Of a stretch of 64,000 bases of DNA, positions 39,600-64,000 are shown one piece after another. The notes under the pieces were generated by a model. That model saw only the letters and a program-made list of their open reading frames with translations, did not search any database and was not told the DNA's origin. The translations under genes and the position numbers were made by a program. The stretch lies in NCBI RefSeq assembly GCF_009914755.1, contig NC_060925.1; one strand, given 5' to 3'. This DNA comes from the human T2T-CHM13v2.0 reference genome, Homo sapiens. Every line of letters starts with the position of its first letter. Within the stretch, counting starts at the first letter, position 1.

Positions 39600-41450
39600 T
39601 CAGCCACTGGGAATGTCTTCCTTGGCTCCTCTCGCTGACCCTGGCTCTCCTGCACCCAGGATCCTATTATGTGTGTCTGAGGGGCAGGGCCAATGTCATT
39701 TTAACTTTCATTGCCTCTTGGGGACGCGTTTTCTCCGTCGCGATATAGACACACGCCTCCACGGAGGCTCCGGGCACTCGGGCTCCCCGTTTTCTCCCCT
39801 CTGCCGCAGGCATCCCTGGTCTTCCTTCCCTGCGCTGCCTGAGCACCTGGGCTCCTGTGGGAGTGGCTTCCAGCCCCTAGGTCCCCATCGTCCTAGTGCC
39901 TTTTCTGAGTGCGTGGAGGTGAAGTCTGTCCGATACCGCAGCTTTGTTCCACTGAGCCTGCTTATCTCCAAGGGCGTTCCTCTCCACTCCGCTAAAGCAG
40001 CACACACCCATGGGCGCCCACTGCCGTCGGGAGGAGCTCCACCTCTGAACTCTCACAATTCATTCAGCATTTGGCCATCCATATTCTTCAGTTCTTCCCG
40101 CTTCCATCTGTGCTCCCAGCGAAAACTACGGCCCCTCCCTTTCCTCCTGGTCGCTTGCTTCCATATGTGAACCCTTACTTGCTTCCCAATCCAGCCCGGA
40201 GCCCGTGGTCTGGTACTCGTCGCTTTGCCCCGGAACATTCCAGCCTTGGGTCAGCCCAGCGTCTCCCAGGGTGAGCTGTGGAATGCTGAAGGGCAGCACA
40301 CAACCACGGAGCAAGAGGAGCGGCAGCTGCCCGGGCTCCCTCCGCAGGCGCCTCTGCACGGCGAGGAGACGCTGGGAACCTCATTCTCCTGCCCCTCCCT
40401 CAACTCCTGCCACCGCCTCCCACCCTGCCCTCAGCAGATGGTGCTGCCTCCTACTTCACGGAGCAAATAACTTCTGCGGCTTTCCTCTCAACTACAAATC
40501 TCACTGCGCACAGGCACGCCGGCCTTCCCCTTTCCTTTCCCCTGCCTGGGGAGGCTGGACTCTCCTGTCCCGCTCCCTGTGGCCCCGCCCCTCCCCTCCT
40601 CCCACCACTGCACCTTCCATTGTCCTTCACCAGGACCTTCTCTTGACCCTGCCTTCATTTCCCTCTCCGTTGATTCTTTCCTTCCCCAAATTAGCCTGCT
40701 CAGTTTTCTTCCCCCTCACCTGACCCCTAACCCCTATCAACTCTGTTGTGGTCTGTGTCCCTCCCATTAGCCTCTCTGTTATCTCTTCCACTGCCTGTAA
40801 TCTGGCATCTCCTTCACCAGTCCCTGAAATGCTTTCACTAAAATCACCTTTGACCTTCATGTTGGCCAAGTCCAGAAGGCATTTCCAGGTCTGATCTGAC
40901 TTGCAATCTCTTAGTCATTTGACTGTGTTGGCTGCCTTCTCCTTGAAACTCTGCCCTCTGCTGACTTTGTTCCACTTTCTCTTGGTTTAACTGCTGCCTC
41001 TCTGGTTGATCCTTCTGTCTCCTTCCTTGGAGCTCCTTCCTCTGTTCTTCTTCCCACCATGCCCCAGGACTCCATACTTGGCTCTAAGCTTTTCTCTTCT
41101 GTGCAGGGTCCTTGAAGGTCCCCATGCAAACCCATGGTTTAAATAAGATTTGTTTAAACAAGTAAGATTTAACAATTAAATGGAGAGTCACCATTGTTCA
41201 CCTCTAGATTGGACTTCTTCCTTCCACTCCACGCTCCAGACCCTTGTATTCAATTATCCATTGGACCTCTCCACTAGGACGACCCACCACCACCTGTTAT
41301 TCAACATACCCCACACTGAACATTGTTTTTCCCAACACCTGTTGCTCCTCCCGCATCCTCTATTTCAGTGAGCAGCACGCGATCTCACCAGTCACCAAAG
41401 CCAGACACACATGTCCTGGAGAAAACCCTACAACCTCTGCTCTGGGGCCA
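39600..41450 (+). mobile_element. Ancient L2 LINE fragment (ORF2 region)
   Basis: 40820-41100 resembles L2 RT-region consensus (ctgaaa..gct..aa..tcacc..tgacct.catgttg.caa.tcca); 39750-40300 resembles the L2 endonuclease region. Confidence 0.6.
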
Positions 41451-42266
41451 CCACACTGTAAATCATATATTTCATCTTCTTTGATGTGGAGCATGAAATG
41501 ATTAAGCTGCAATGTCCTGAGCCACTGTTTCCCAGTGATTGTGACCCAGGCAGGGTCACGACAGCCATATTTCTGTCCCCAAAGCGGGGCCATCTAGGTT
41601 GGGACTCAAAACACAAAGAAATTCTGCCACAAAGGTTCAATGTCACTTTCCTTGGCCCCAAAAGAGAAACTGGAGAGACCAGAGTGCTCAGATTAGGTAG
41701 GCAGCTGCAGCCTCCCACTGTAGCCACCCTGCAGAGCATGAGGGAGGGACTCACTGATAAAGCACCAGGACTACCCACTGCAGTCTCTACTTCAGAGGAA
41801 GCAAGCCATTGATGGAGATGTACTAAACACTGGGCTCTGCGGCTGAAGGAAGGAGCTGAGTTCTCCTGCTTATCTCTGCTCCAGTGTCCTATCTTGAAGG
41901 ACTGTGTCCTGACCCCAGTGAGAAACATGACCTGTCTGACCCTCCCAACCCTTCCTGGAAACTTTCCAGTTCTCAGTGAGTTGCTGGGAGCTGCCCTGCT
42001 GGACACCCGCCTGGGGAGGGTGTAGACTTATCTTGCCGGGCTGAGAGAGGGAAGTCTTTCCCAATACTAGTCTATTAAAACACACACTGGGCTGGGCGCA
42101 GTGGCTCACGCCTGTAATCCCAGCACTTTGGGAGGCCAAGGCGGGTGGATCATCTGAGGTCAGGAGTTCGAGACCAGCCTGACTAAAATGGCTTCACCCT
42201 GTCTATACGAAAAATACAACAAATTAGCTGGGCATGGGGGCAGACGCCTGTAATCCCAGCTACTCA

Positions 42267-42602
<336 letters not shown>

Positions 42603-44625
42603 TCAGGAGGCTGAGGCAGGAGAATGGCTTGAACCCAGGAGGCAGAGGTTGCAGTGAGCAGAGATCGCGCCACTATACTCCAGCCTGGGCGACAGAGTAA
42701 GTCTCCTTCTAAAAAAATAAAATAACAAAACAAAACACACACACACTTTCCCTCTCTCTCTCTCTCCAAAACGTGATGGAGTGTCTCCTCTTAAGAAAGG
42801 AGTGTTTTTGGACACAGAAAGAGGGAGTTCCTCCAGCCTAGCACAGCCTGAGTTTGGCCTGGGCTGGAAATTCTGCAGAAATCTTCCATCCTGCCACTGG
42901 GAATAGGACAGGGAGGCCTAAGCCGTGTTTTCGGCCCCCCGGGGCCCAGCAGGGACATGTGTGGGTTCCAGGACTGGGGCAAGGAGGAGAGGATGCCCAG
43001 GTTTACTCAAGGGCAGGCAGGAGGTGAGGAGGGGGTGACAGGTGGAAGGAAAGGACCATGTCCCACTCTCCACTCCTTCCTCATGGGCCACTCTTCATTT
43101 CACTCGCAGCCCCGCAGTGCACAGCTACAAGCTGGGGGTTCATCTCTTCCTGGTCCCCTACTACCTTGGGTGCAGCACTTCTGCCAGAACCTTCTGGGCG
43201 CCTGCTGCTGTGCCTGGGCTCTCCACGCAGGGAGGGACACCCCTGGGGCGGAAGGCAGGCAGCTGCATAGCTGAGTGGCTGCTTCTACAACACCTGGAGA
43301 ACCGCTGGGGCTAGAAGCAAACATGCAGCAGTTTGGGCCTGGGGGTTGATTCTCCTCTGCAGGGGAAGGGAAGATTTCTAGAAACGCAGAAAGTCTATTC
43401 TGTGGAGGTACAAAGGATACCAGAAGACTATAGGAGACATCCTTAGTACCCCCAGATGCTGGCTGTTCTCTAGGTCTACCCTCACACAAAGAAGTGGGTG
43501 AGACAACCTTGGACCCCGGCTTTGGATCCAGCATAGTAGAACCGGCCAGCTTGCCCTGTCATGTTTTCTGCAATGTCTGGGACTGCGGTTCTTCATACTT
43601 TTGGCTCAGGTTCACCTCTGAAAATCCAGTGAAGCCATGTGATGAAATGCTTATGTGCTTTTACAAAGTGCATGCAGTTTAATAGGCTCCTCAGCTGTTC
43701 ACCTAGGGATGCTTCAGGCAGCCCTGCCCTGAATGTTCATGGGACTCAGGGCAAGTAGCAAATGGAGGCCCACGTACCACGTGTCTGAGTACAGAGGAGT
43801 TATGAGATCAAAGTAGGCTGTGTCTTCCTACCTTGACAGATATATCTTCCTAACAACTTGGAATGTCAGTTTAAATTTAGAACCTGCCCCTTTGGCCTCC
43901 CAGCCCCCAGCCTGCCCCTCCTCTTCCCACTTCCCTCCCTGTCCCATTCTACACTGTGAGGGTCCTTGCTTCTGCAGCACACCCCAGCACACAAGTCCAA
44001 GTTCCACCTGCACCCCTGCAAACAGCTGTTCCTGGCCACTTACTGGAGCCAGGTGTGCACACTGGCAGATGGGTCTGTTTGCCAGAGAATACCTGAAGCA
44101 GAAGGCTGCAGAGTCCTTGGAAATGAACTCAACACCATTTGGATAGAAAAATGCCAGAGTCTAGAATAGTGCTTCAGGTGAATAACCAGCTTTTAAAGTT
44201 TCCAATCTGTTAAATTTCTTTCCTTTTTTTTTTTGAGTTGGAGTCTCTGTCACCCAGGCTGGAGTGTAGTGGCACTATCTTGGCTCACTGCAACCTCTGC
44301 CTCCTGGATTCAAGCAATTCTCCTGCCTTAGCCTCCTAGGTAGCTGGGATTACAGATGTGTGCCACTACACCAGGCTAATTTTTGTATTTTTAGTAGAGA
44401 TGGGTTTTTGCCATGTTTGCCAGGCTGGTTTCGAACTCCTGACCTCAAGTGAGCTGCCCACCTCAGCCTCCCAAAGTGCTGGGATTACAGGTGTGAGCCA
44501 CCGTGCCCAGCCTTTCTTTCCCTTCTTGAAAAGTAAATAAATAAATAAAATTTCCAATCTGTGATAGGCTGGCTGATACTTTTATAAAATACAATGAAAA
44601 CAAATTCCTGGAAAATGGAAAATGA

Positions 44626-44922
<297 letters not shown>

Positions 44923-45000
44923 TAGTCAGGATGGTCTCGATCTCCTGATTTTGTGATCCGCCCGCCTCGGCCTCCCAAAGTGCTGTGATTACAGGTGTGA

Positions 45001-45288
<288 letters not shown>

Positions 45289-45402
45289 TAGCTGGGATTA
45301 CAAGCATGGGCCACCGTGGCCGGCTAAGTTTTTTGTATTTTTAGTAGAGACGAGATTTCTCCATGTTGGTCAGGCTGGTCTTGAACTCCCAACCTCAGGT
45401 GA

Positions 45403-45762
<360 letters not shown>

Positions 45763-46048
45763 TAAGCCACAGCGCCTCGCCTCTGCTGCTTTTCATTTCT
45801 ATACTTGGCTCATTGTGGTCCAGTAACAAGCCATCTGTTGAATGGCAGCAGTTCAAGGGCCACAATTTGAGTGTGCTGGTCTAGAAGGAGGCAGTGTGGG
45901 CTCCAGCTGGGCAAGTCCAGTCGGCCCCTTTGACTCATCATTTTATGGGAGGGGTATGGCCAGAAGAGGGCTCATGGTGGTGGTGGTGAGGGGAGCTCCC
46001 TAGATCAGCCTGCATCAGTAGCCTTTCTTGTCTGAGTTTGGGTGGTAT

Positions 46049-47371
<1,323 letters not shown>

Positions 47372-48275
47372 GCATAAGGGAGGGATGTAGTGGGATGTAG
47401 ACCCTTGAACTGCGTGGAATTCTAGCATGATTTATCAAGAAGTCTGAAGTATCATCTCATATCATGGTGCTAAGTCTCCACTGGGCCAGTGGCCAATGAC
47501 AGGCAAGGGAATCAAAGGCAGGGTATGTATTCATAAATGAGGAAACCTATTATATGACAGAAGAGCTTAATTCTTATTCTTCTAATTTAAAAAGTTGTTT
47601 TTTTTTCAGGATGGGGTCTTGCTATGTTGCCCAGTCTGTTCTCCAACTCCTGGCCTCAAGCAATCCTCCCACCTCATCCTCCTAAGTAGGTGGGATTACA
47701 GGTTTGTACTACATGCTGGGCTGAAAACTTTTTGATACCAAAATTTTGATTTGGTTTTTAATATTTGATGTATAGGTACAGAAGAATGCTACAAGCATCA
47801 AAGTTCAAGTAAGCTAGGTGTGTCAAAATAAATCTTTAGATAAATAAGGCTGTGCTATGAAATAAATTGTATCCCCCCAATTCATATGTTGAAATCATAA
47901 CCCCTATGTGACTGTATTTGTTTTTGTTTGTTTATTTTGTTTTGATTTTGAGACAGTATCACTCTATCACCCAGGCTGGAGTATAGTGGCATAGTCTCAG
48001 CTGACTGCAATCTCTGCTTCTGGGGCTCAAACCATCCTCCTGCATCCGCCTCCTGAGTAGCTGGAACTACAGGCATGCACCACCATGCCTAGATAATTTT
48101 TGTAGAGACAGGGTCTTGCCATGTTGTCCAGTCTTGTCTCAAATTCCTGAACTCAAGTGATCTGCCTGCTTTGGCCTCCCAAAGTGTTGGGATTACAGGT
48201 ATGAGCCACTGTGCCTGGCCAGTATTTTGTTACAGCAGCTGGAGTTGACTAATACAGACTGATTGGATAGCTTCA

Positions 48276-48563
<288 letters not shown>

Positions 48564-49083
48564 TTAGTTTATCCAAGACTTTATTTTTGCAAAGTTTAAT
48601 TAATCTGAGCTTTCTAAATTTCCTTTGCTGGCTTTACTGGTCAGATAAGCTACTTTACTTCCACTAAATATTTCAGAAGGAGAGTATAAACAACTGTACT
48701 CACCTAAATGGAATGATAACTACTAATAAATGTTTTTATAAAAAGACATTCTGGCCAGTCATGGTGGCTCATCCCTGTAATCCCAGCATTTTGGGAGCCT
48801 GAGGCGGGAGGATCACTTGAACCCAGGAGTTCAAGACCAGCCTGGACAACGTGGTGAGACCCCGTCTCTGGAAAAAATACAAAGATTAGCCTCCAGTCCC
48901 AGCTACTGGAGGGTGCAGGGCCGGGGGTGGGGGCTGAGTTGGGAGGATCGCTTGAACCCAGGAGGTCAAGGTTGCAGTGATTGCGCCGCTGCACTTCAGC
49001 CTGGTGACAGAGCAAGACCCTGTCTCAAAAAATGAAAAATAAAAAGACCTTCTGATGTTTTCAGACACTGTGACCCATCAATC

Positions 49084-50068
<985 letters not shown>

Positions 50069-50399
50069 AATCTAAATCATTCTGCATGTCATCAACTGAT
50101 AGTTTTCACTGTCCTCTCACACAAGCCTCAGGGCCCTTGCTGTATGCTACAGACCCCATTAGGGTCTTCTGGAAGAAACATCCTAGAAAGATAACCTTAG
50201 GAACGTAGAGGAAAGAATGAAACAAAGGACCGGAGACTCAGAATTCCTAGGATCATTTCAGTTCCGCAGTAGGTGACCTCATGACGTCAGGCTACTGACG
50301 CAAAACCACTAGAATGAAAATTAATTCCACGAGACTCAGACTGTTGAGCACATTTACTTGAACTGTATTCACCATTATTACTTGGCTACCAGTATGTAA

Positions 50400-52920
<2,521 letters not shown>

Positions 52921-52924
52921 TTAA

Positions 52925-53293
<369 letters not shown>

Positions 53294-55204
53294 TGAGCCA
53301 CTGCATCTGGCCTCAACCGTTACCATTATCTAAGTCCCAGGTCTCTCATTACCCCAAGTAGGAACTTCATACCTAGAAAATAGCCACTCCCACGTCCCTC
53401 TGCCGCCCCAGATCTCGGCAACCACTCATCTGCTTTCTGTTTCTATGGGTTATTTCTATTATGGAAATTTCATACAAATGGAAATATAATATGTGACCTT
53501 TTGTGTCTCTGGCTTCTTTCACTTAGCATAATGTTTTCAAAGTTCATCCATGTACTATTACTTAATCCTTTCTATGGCCAAATAATATTCCATTGTATGA
53601 ATATGCCCCATTTTGATTATCCATTCCTCTGATGGACATCTTACGTTGTTTCTACCTTAAAAAAAATTTTTTTTAGGCTGAGGATGGTGCCTCAAGTTTG
53701 TATTCCTGGAATTTGGGAGACTAAGACAGGAGGATCTCTTGAGCCCCAGAGTTTGAGACCACCCTGGACAACATGGCAACACCTTGTCTCCACAAAAATT
53801 TTTAAAAGACAGGGCATGGTGGCTCATGCCTCTAATCCCAGCAATTTGGGAGGCCGAGGCAGGTGGATCACCTGAGGTCGGGAGACCAGCCTAGCCAACA
53901 TGGCGAAACCCTGTCTCTACTAAAAATACAAAAATTAGCTGGGTGTGGTGGCGGGCACCTGTAATCCCAGCTACTCAGCAGGCTGAGGCAGGAGAATTAT
54001 ATTTCCATTTGTATGAAATTTCCATAACAGGCATAACCCAGAGAAACAGAAAGCAGATTAGCGGTTGCCCAGATCTGGGGTGGGAGAGGGACATGGGAAT
54101 GGCTACTTAGTAGGTATGAAGTTTCTACTTGGGGTAATGAAAGAGCCCTGGGACTTAGATAATGGTAATGGTTGAGGCCAGGCGCGGTGGCTCATGCCTG
54201 TAATCCCAGCACTTTGGGAGGCTGAGGCGGGCGAATCGTGAGGTCAGGAGTTCGAGACCAGCCTGGCCAATATGGTGAAACCCTGTCTCCGTCTCTACCA
54301 AAAATACAATTCTCCTGCCTCAGACTCCTGAGTAGGCGGAGGCAGGGTTGCAGTGAGCCGAGATTGCGCCATTGCACTCCAGCCTGGGAAACAACCGTAA
54401 AACTCCATCTCAAAAAAAAAAAACAGAAAGAAATTGAAAAATTAGCTGTGCATGGTGATGCATGCTTGTAGTCCCAGCTACTCAGGACGCTATTAAGCAA
54501 GAGGATCACTTGAACCCAGGAGTTCCAGGCTGCTGTGTGTTCACACCACTGCACTCCAGCCTGGGCGACAGACAGATCCTATGCCAAAAAAACCCCTTTT
54601 CTCTTTCTTTTCTTTTCTTTTTTTTTTTTTGAGACAAAGTATCGCTCTATTGCCCAGGCTGGGATACAGTGGCTCAATCTCAGCTCACTGCAACCTCCGC
54701 TTCCTGGGTTCAAGTGATTCTCCTGACTCAGCCTCTCGAATAGCTGGGATTACAGGCGCGTACCACCATGCCCTGCTAATTTTTTGTAATTTTAGTAAAT
54801 ACGGGGTTTCACCATGCTGGCCAGGCTGGTCTCAAACTCCTGACCTCGTGATCCGCCCACCTTGGCCTCCCAAAGGCCTGCTGGGATTACAGGTGTAAGC
54901 CACCGTGCCTGGCCAAAAAACCATTTTGTTTAGAGACAGAGTCTTGCTATGTTGCCCAGGCTGAGTGCAGTGGCTATTCACAGGCATGATCATACCATAC
55001 CACACAGCCTGAAACTACTGGGCTCAAGCGATCCTCCCTCCTCAAACTCCTGAGTAGCTGGGACTACAGGCGCACCACTGCTCTTGGTTTTGTTTCCACC
55101 TTTGGCTAGTGTGAATAGGGCTGCTATAAACATTTTTGTGTGGCCGGGTGCGGTGGCTCACGCCTATAATCCCAGCACTTTGGGAGGCCAAGGCAGGTGG
55201 ATCA

Positions 55205-55492
<288 letters not shown>

Positions 55493-55909
55493 CTAGGAGT
55501 AAAATTGCTGGTCATATGGCAATCCTATGTTTAACTTATTGAGAAACTGCCAAATTGTTTTCCACAGCAGCTGTACCATTTCATATTCATTTTCCATTCC
55601 CCGGCTTACTTTCCTTTTTAAAATAATTATTGCCGGGCGTGGTGGTTCACACCCATAATCCTAGCACTTTTGGAGGCCGAGGTGGGTGGATCACCTGAGG
55701 CCAGGAATTAGAGACCAGCCTGACCAATGTGGCGAAATCACATCTCTATTAAAAATACAAAAATTGGGCCAGGCGCGGTGGCTCACACCTGTAATCCCAA
55801 CACTTTGGGAGACTGAGGCGGGCGGATCACCTGAGGTCGGGAGTTTGGGACCAGTCTGACCAACATGGAGAAACCCCATCTCTACTAAAAAATACAAAAA
55901 AATAAGTCA

Positions 55910-56311
<402 letters not shown>

Positions 56312-57393
56312 TCACTTGAAGTCAGGGTTTGAGACCAGCCTGGCTAACATGGTGAAATCCTGTCTCTACTAAAAATACAAAAATTAGCCGGGCGTGGTGG
56401 CAAACGCCTGTAGTCCCAGCTACTTGAGAGGTTGAAGCAGGAGAATCATTTGAACGCAGGAGGTAGAAGTTGCAGTGAGCGGAGATCTGGGCAACAGAGT
56501 GAGATTCTGTCTCTAAATAAATAAATAAATAAATAAATAATTAGCCAGGCGTTGTGGTGCCTGCTTGTGGTCCCAGTTACTCAGAAGGCTGAGGTGGGAG
56601 GATCGCTTGAACCTGGGAGGTCAAGATTACAGTGAACTATGACTTTGCCCCTGAACTCCAGCTTGAGTGACAGAAAGATACTGTCTCAAAAAAAATATAT
56701 ATATATTTTTTAATTTTAGCTCACTATGGTCTCAAACTCCTAGGCTCAAGTAATCATCCTGCCTCAGCCTCCCGAGTAGCTGGGATTACAGGCGTGGATT
56801 ACTCCACGCCCTGCTAATTTTTGTATTTTTTGTAGAAATATAAAAATTCACTGTTTTGGACAGGCTGGTCTTGAACTCCTGACCTCAAGTGATCGCCTGC
56901 CTTGGCCTCCCAAAGTGCTGGGATTACAGGCGTGAGCCACCGTGCCCAGCCCCAACTTCATTCTTTTACATGTAGATATCCAATTGTGTTCTCAACAATC
57001 TTTGTTTTTAGTATAATTATGTTGTCTTTTTAATTTTTTTTTTTTTTTGAGACGGAGTCTCACTCTGTCGCCCAGGCTGGAGCACAGTGGTGTGATCTCG
57101 GTTCATTGCAAGCTCCGCCTCCCGGATTCACGCCATTCTCCTGCCTCAGCCTCCTGAGTAGCTGGGACTACAGGTGCCCGCCAACACGCCCGGTTAATTT
57201 TTTGTATTTTTAGTAGAGACGAGGTTTCATCGTGTTAGCCAGGATGGTCTCGATCCCCTGACCTCGTGATCTTCCTGCCTCGGCCTCCCAAAGTGCTGGG
57301 ATTATAGGCATGAGCCACCGCGCCCGGCCAGAAAAGTTTTTAATTATTTCATTCTCAGCCTACACCCTAAATATATATAATTTTTATTTGTCA

Positions 57394-57693
<300 letters not shown>

Positions 57694-57825
57694 TCAAACA
57701 AAACAAAACAAAAATAATAATTAAGCCTGGCTGGCGTAGTGGCTCATGCCTGTACCCCAGCATGTTGGGAGGCTGAGGCAGACGGATCACCTGAGGTCAG
57801 GAGTTTAAGACCAGTCTGGGTATCA

Positions 57826-58146
<321 letters not shown>

Positions 58147-58200
58147 TCACGAGGAGGAGCTCGAGACCAGCCTGGACAATATGGTGAAACCCCATCTCTA

Positions 58201-58442
<242 letters not shown>

Positions 58443-58464
58443 CTACTGACTGTAGTTTCCGTAG

Positions 58465-59233
<769 letters not shown>

Positions 59234-59302
59234 AGTGGGCTGATCACAAGGTCAGGAGTTCAAGACCAGCTTGGCCAACATAGTGAAATCTTGTCTCTAC
59301 TA

Positions 59303-59536
<234 letters not shown>

Positions 59537-59697
59537 TCAGTCTCCCAGCATGCTGGGATACAGGCATGAGCCACCATGCCTGGCCAGCCTTAATTATTAT
59601 TTTTGTTTTGTTCTGTTTGAGACGGAGTTTCACTCTTGTATTCCCAGCACTTTGGGAGGCTGAGGCAGTGGGTGGATTACTTGAGGCCAGGAGTTCA

Positions 59698-60000
<303 letters not shown>

Positions 60001-60259
60001 TCAGAAGTTCGAGACCAGCCTGGCTAACATGGCAAAATATGTTAAAACCATGCCTGGCTAACACGGCAAAACCCCGTCTCTACTAAAAATACAAAAACAA
60101 AAATTAGCCGGGGGTGGTGGTGCATGCCTGTAGTCCCAGCTACCCAGGAGGCTGAGGCCGGAGAATCACTTGAACCCGGGAGGCAGAGGTTTCAGTGAGC
60201 CGAGATGCTGCCACTGCACTCTAGCCTGGGAGATAGAGACTCTGTTTAAAAAAAAAAAA

Positions 60260-63063
<2,804 letters not shown>

Positions 63064-63607
63064 TAGTAGAGACAGGGTTTCACTGTGTTAGCCAGGATGG
63101 TCTCGATCTTCTGACCTCGTGATCCGCCTGCCTCGGCCTCCCAAAGTGCTGGGATTACAGGCGTGAGCCACCGTGCCCGGCCTATATTTCTTTTTTTTTT
63201 TTTTTTTTAGTGTACTCATTTCATTAGAAAATTAGGTAAACCTCGGATCAGAAAGCCAAAGCAAAATAATTTTGCATGGTTAGAATGTGGTCAAGAAACC
63301 AGCTACAATTTAACTGGATTAGACTTCAACACGGTGTTCCCTAAATAACCTTCATTTAGGAATATTACATTCCTCCAGTATCTGGACAGACAATAAATAC
63401 ACTTCCTTTTTTATTTTATGATTGTGATTATTATTTTTTTTTGAGACAGAGTCTCACTGTGTCCCCCAGGCTGGAGTGCAATGGTGCCATCTCAGCTCAC
63501 TGCAACTTGTCTCCTGGGTTCAAGTAATTCTTGTGCCTCAGGCTCACGAGTAATTGGAATTATAGGAGTGTGCCACCATGCCTGGCTAATTTTTGTATTT
63601 TTAGTAG

Positions 63608-64000
<393 letters not shown>

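Noticed and set aside
39613-40723. 170-185 aa ORFs suggesting a hidden gene after ATP8B2
   Set aside because: Sequence resembles decayed L2; no coherent protein or splice structure.
41952-41960. Isolated GAS-like TTCCTGGAA (another near 44605)
   Set aside because: Single 9-mers are expected by chance at this scale; no supporting context.
42900-44170. Unique-looking sequence with protein-like short frames and an acceptor-like site near 43362
   Set aside because: No family recognised and frames are broken by stops. TBLASTX against non-primate mammals is needed before calling a unitary pseudogene.

Overview
Human (primate) genomic DNA, recognisable as the 1q21.3 AQP10-ATP8B2 locus. By known gene order IL6R lies beyond the right end; it is not in the window. 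Two complete + strand genes are present. AQP10 has 6 coding exons (8322-11647, 301 aa, NPA and NPARD motifs). ATP8B2 is a P4-ATPase flippase with non-coding exon 1 in a CpG island at ~12.7 kb, 27 coding exons (15309-36284, 1190 aa), alternative N-termini and a truncated intron-12 isoform. The first ~1.1 kb is a truncated same-strand duplicate of AQP10 intron1-exon2-intron2 with a 100% identical exon, followed by a deleted MER41 provirus. The last 25 kb is intergenic and Alu-dense: L2, L1, Charlie1, MER4A, THE1, LTR2, a MER41B LTR with tandem STAT (GAS) sites and a TMEM208 retrocopy fragment. Most notable: the apparently gene-converted AQP10 duplicate; three short inverted copies of nearby sequence, one bracketing the AQP10 promoter/exon 1; the MER41B tandem GAS element; uORFs in the ATP8B2 leader. 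Repeat subfamily calls are from recalled consensus sequences, not a RepeatMasker run.
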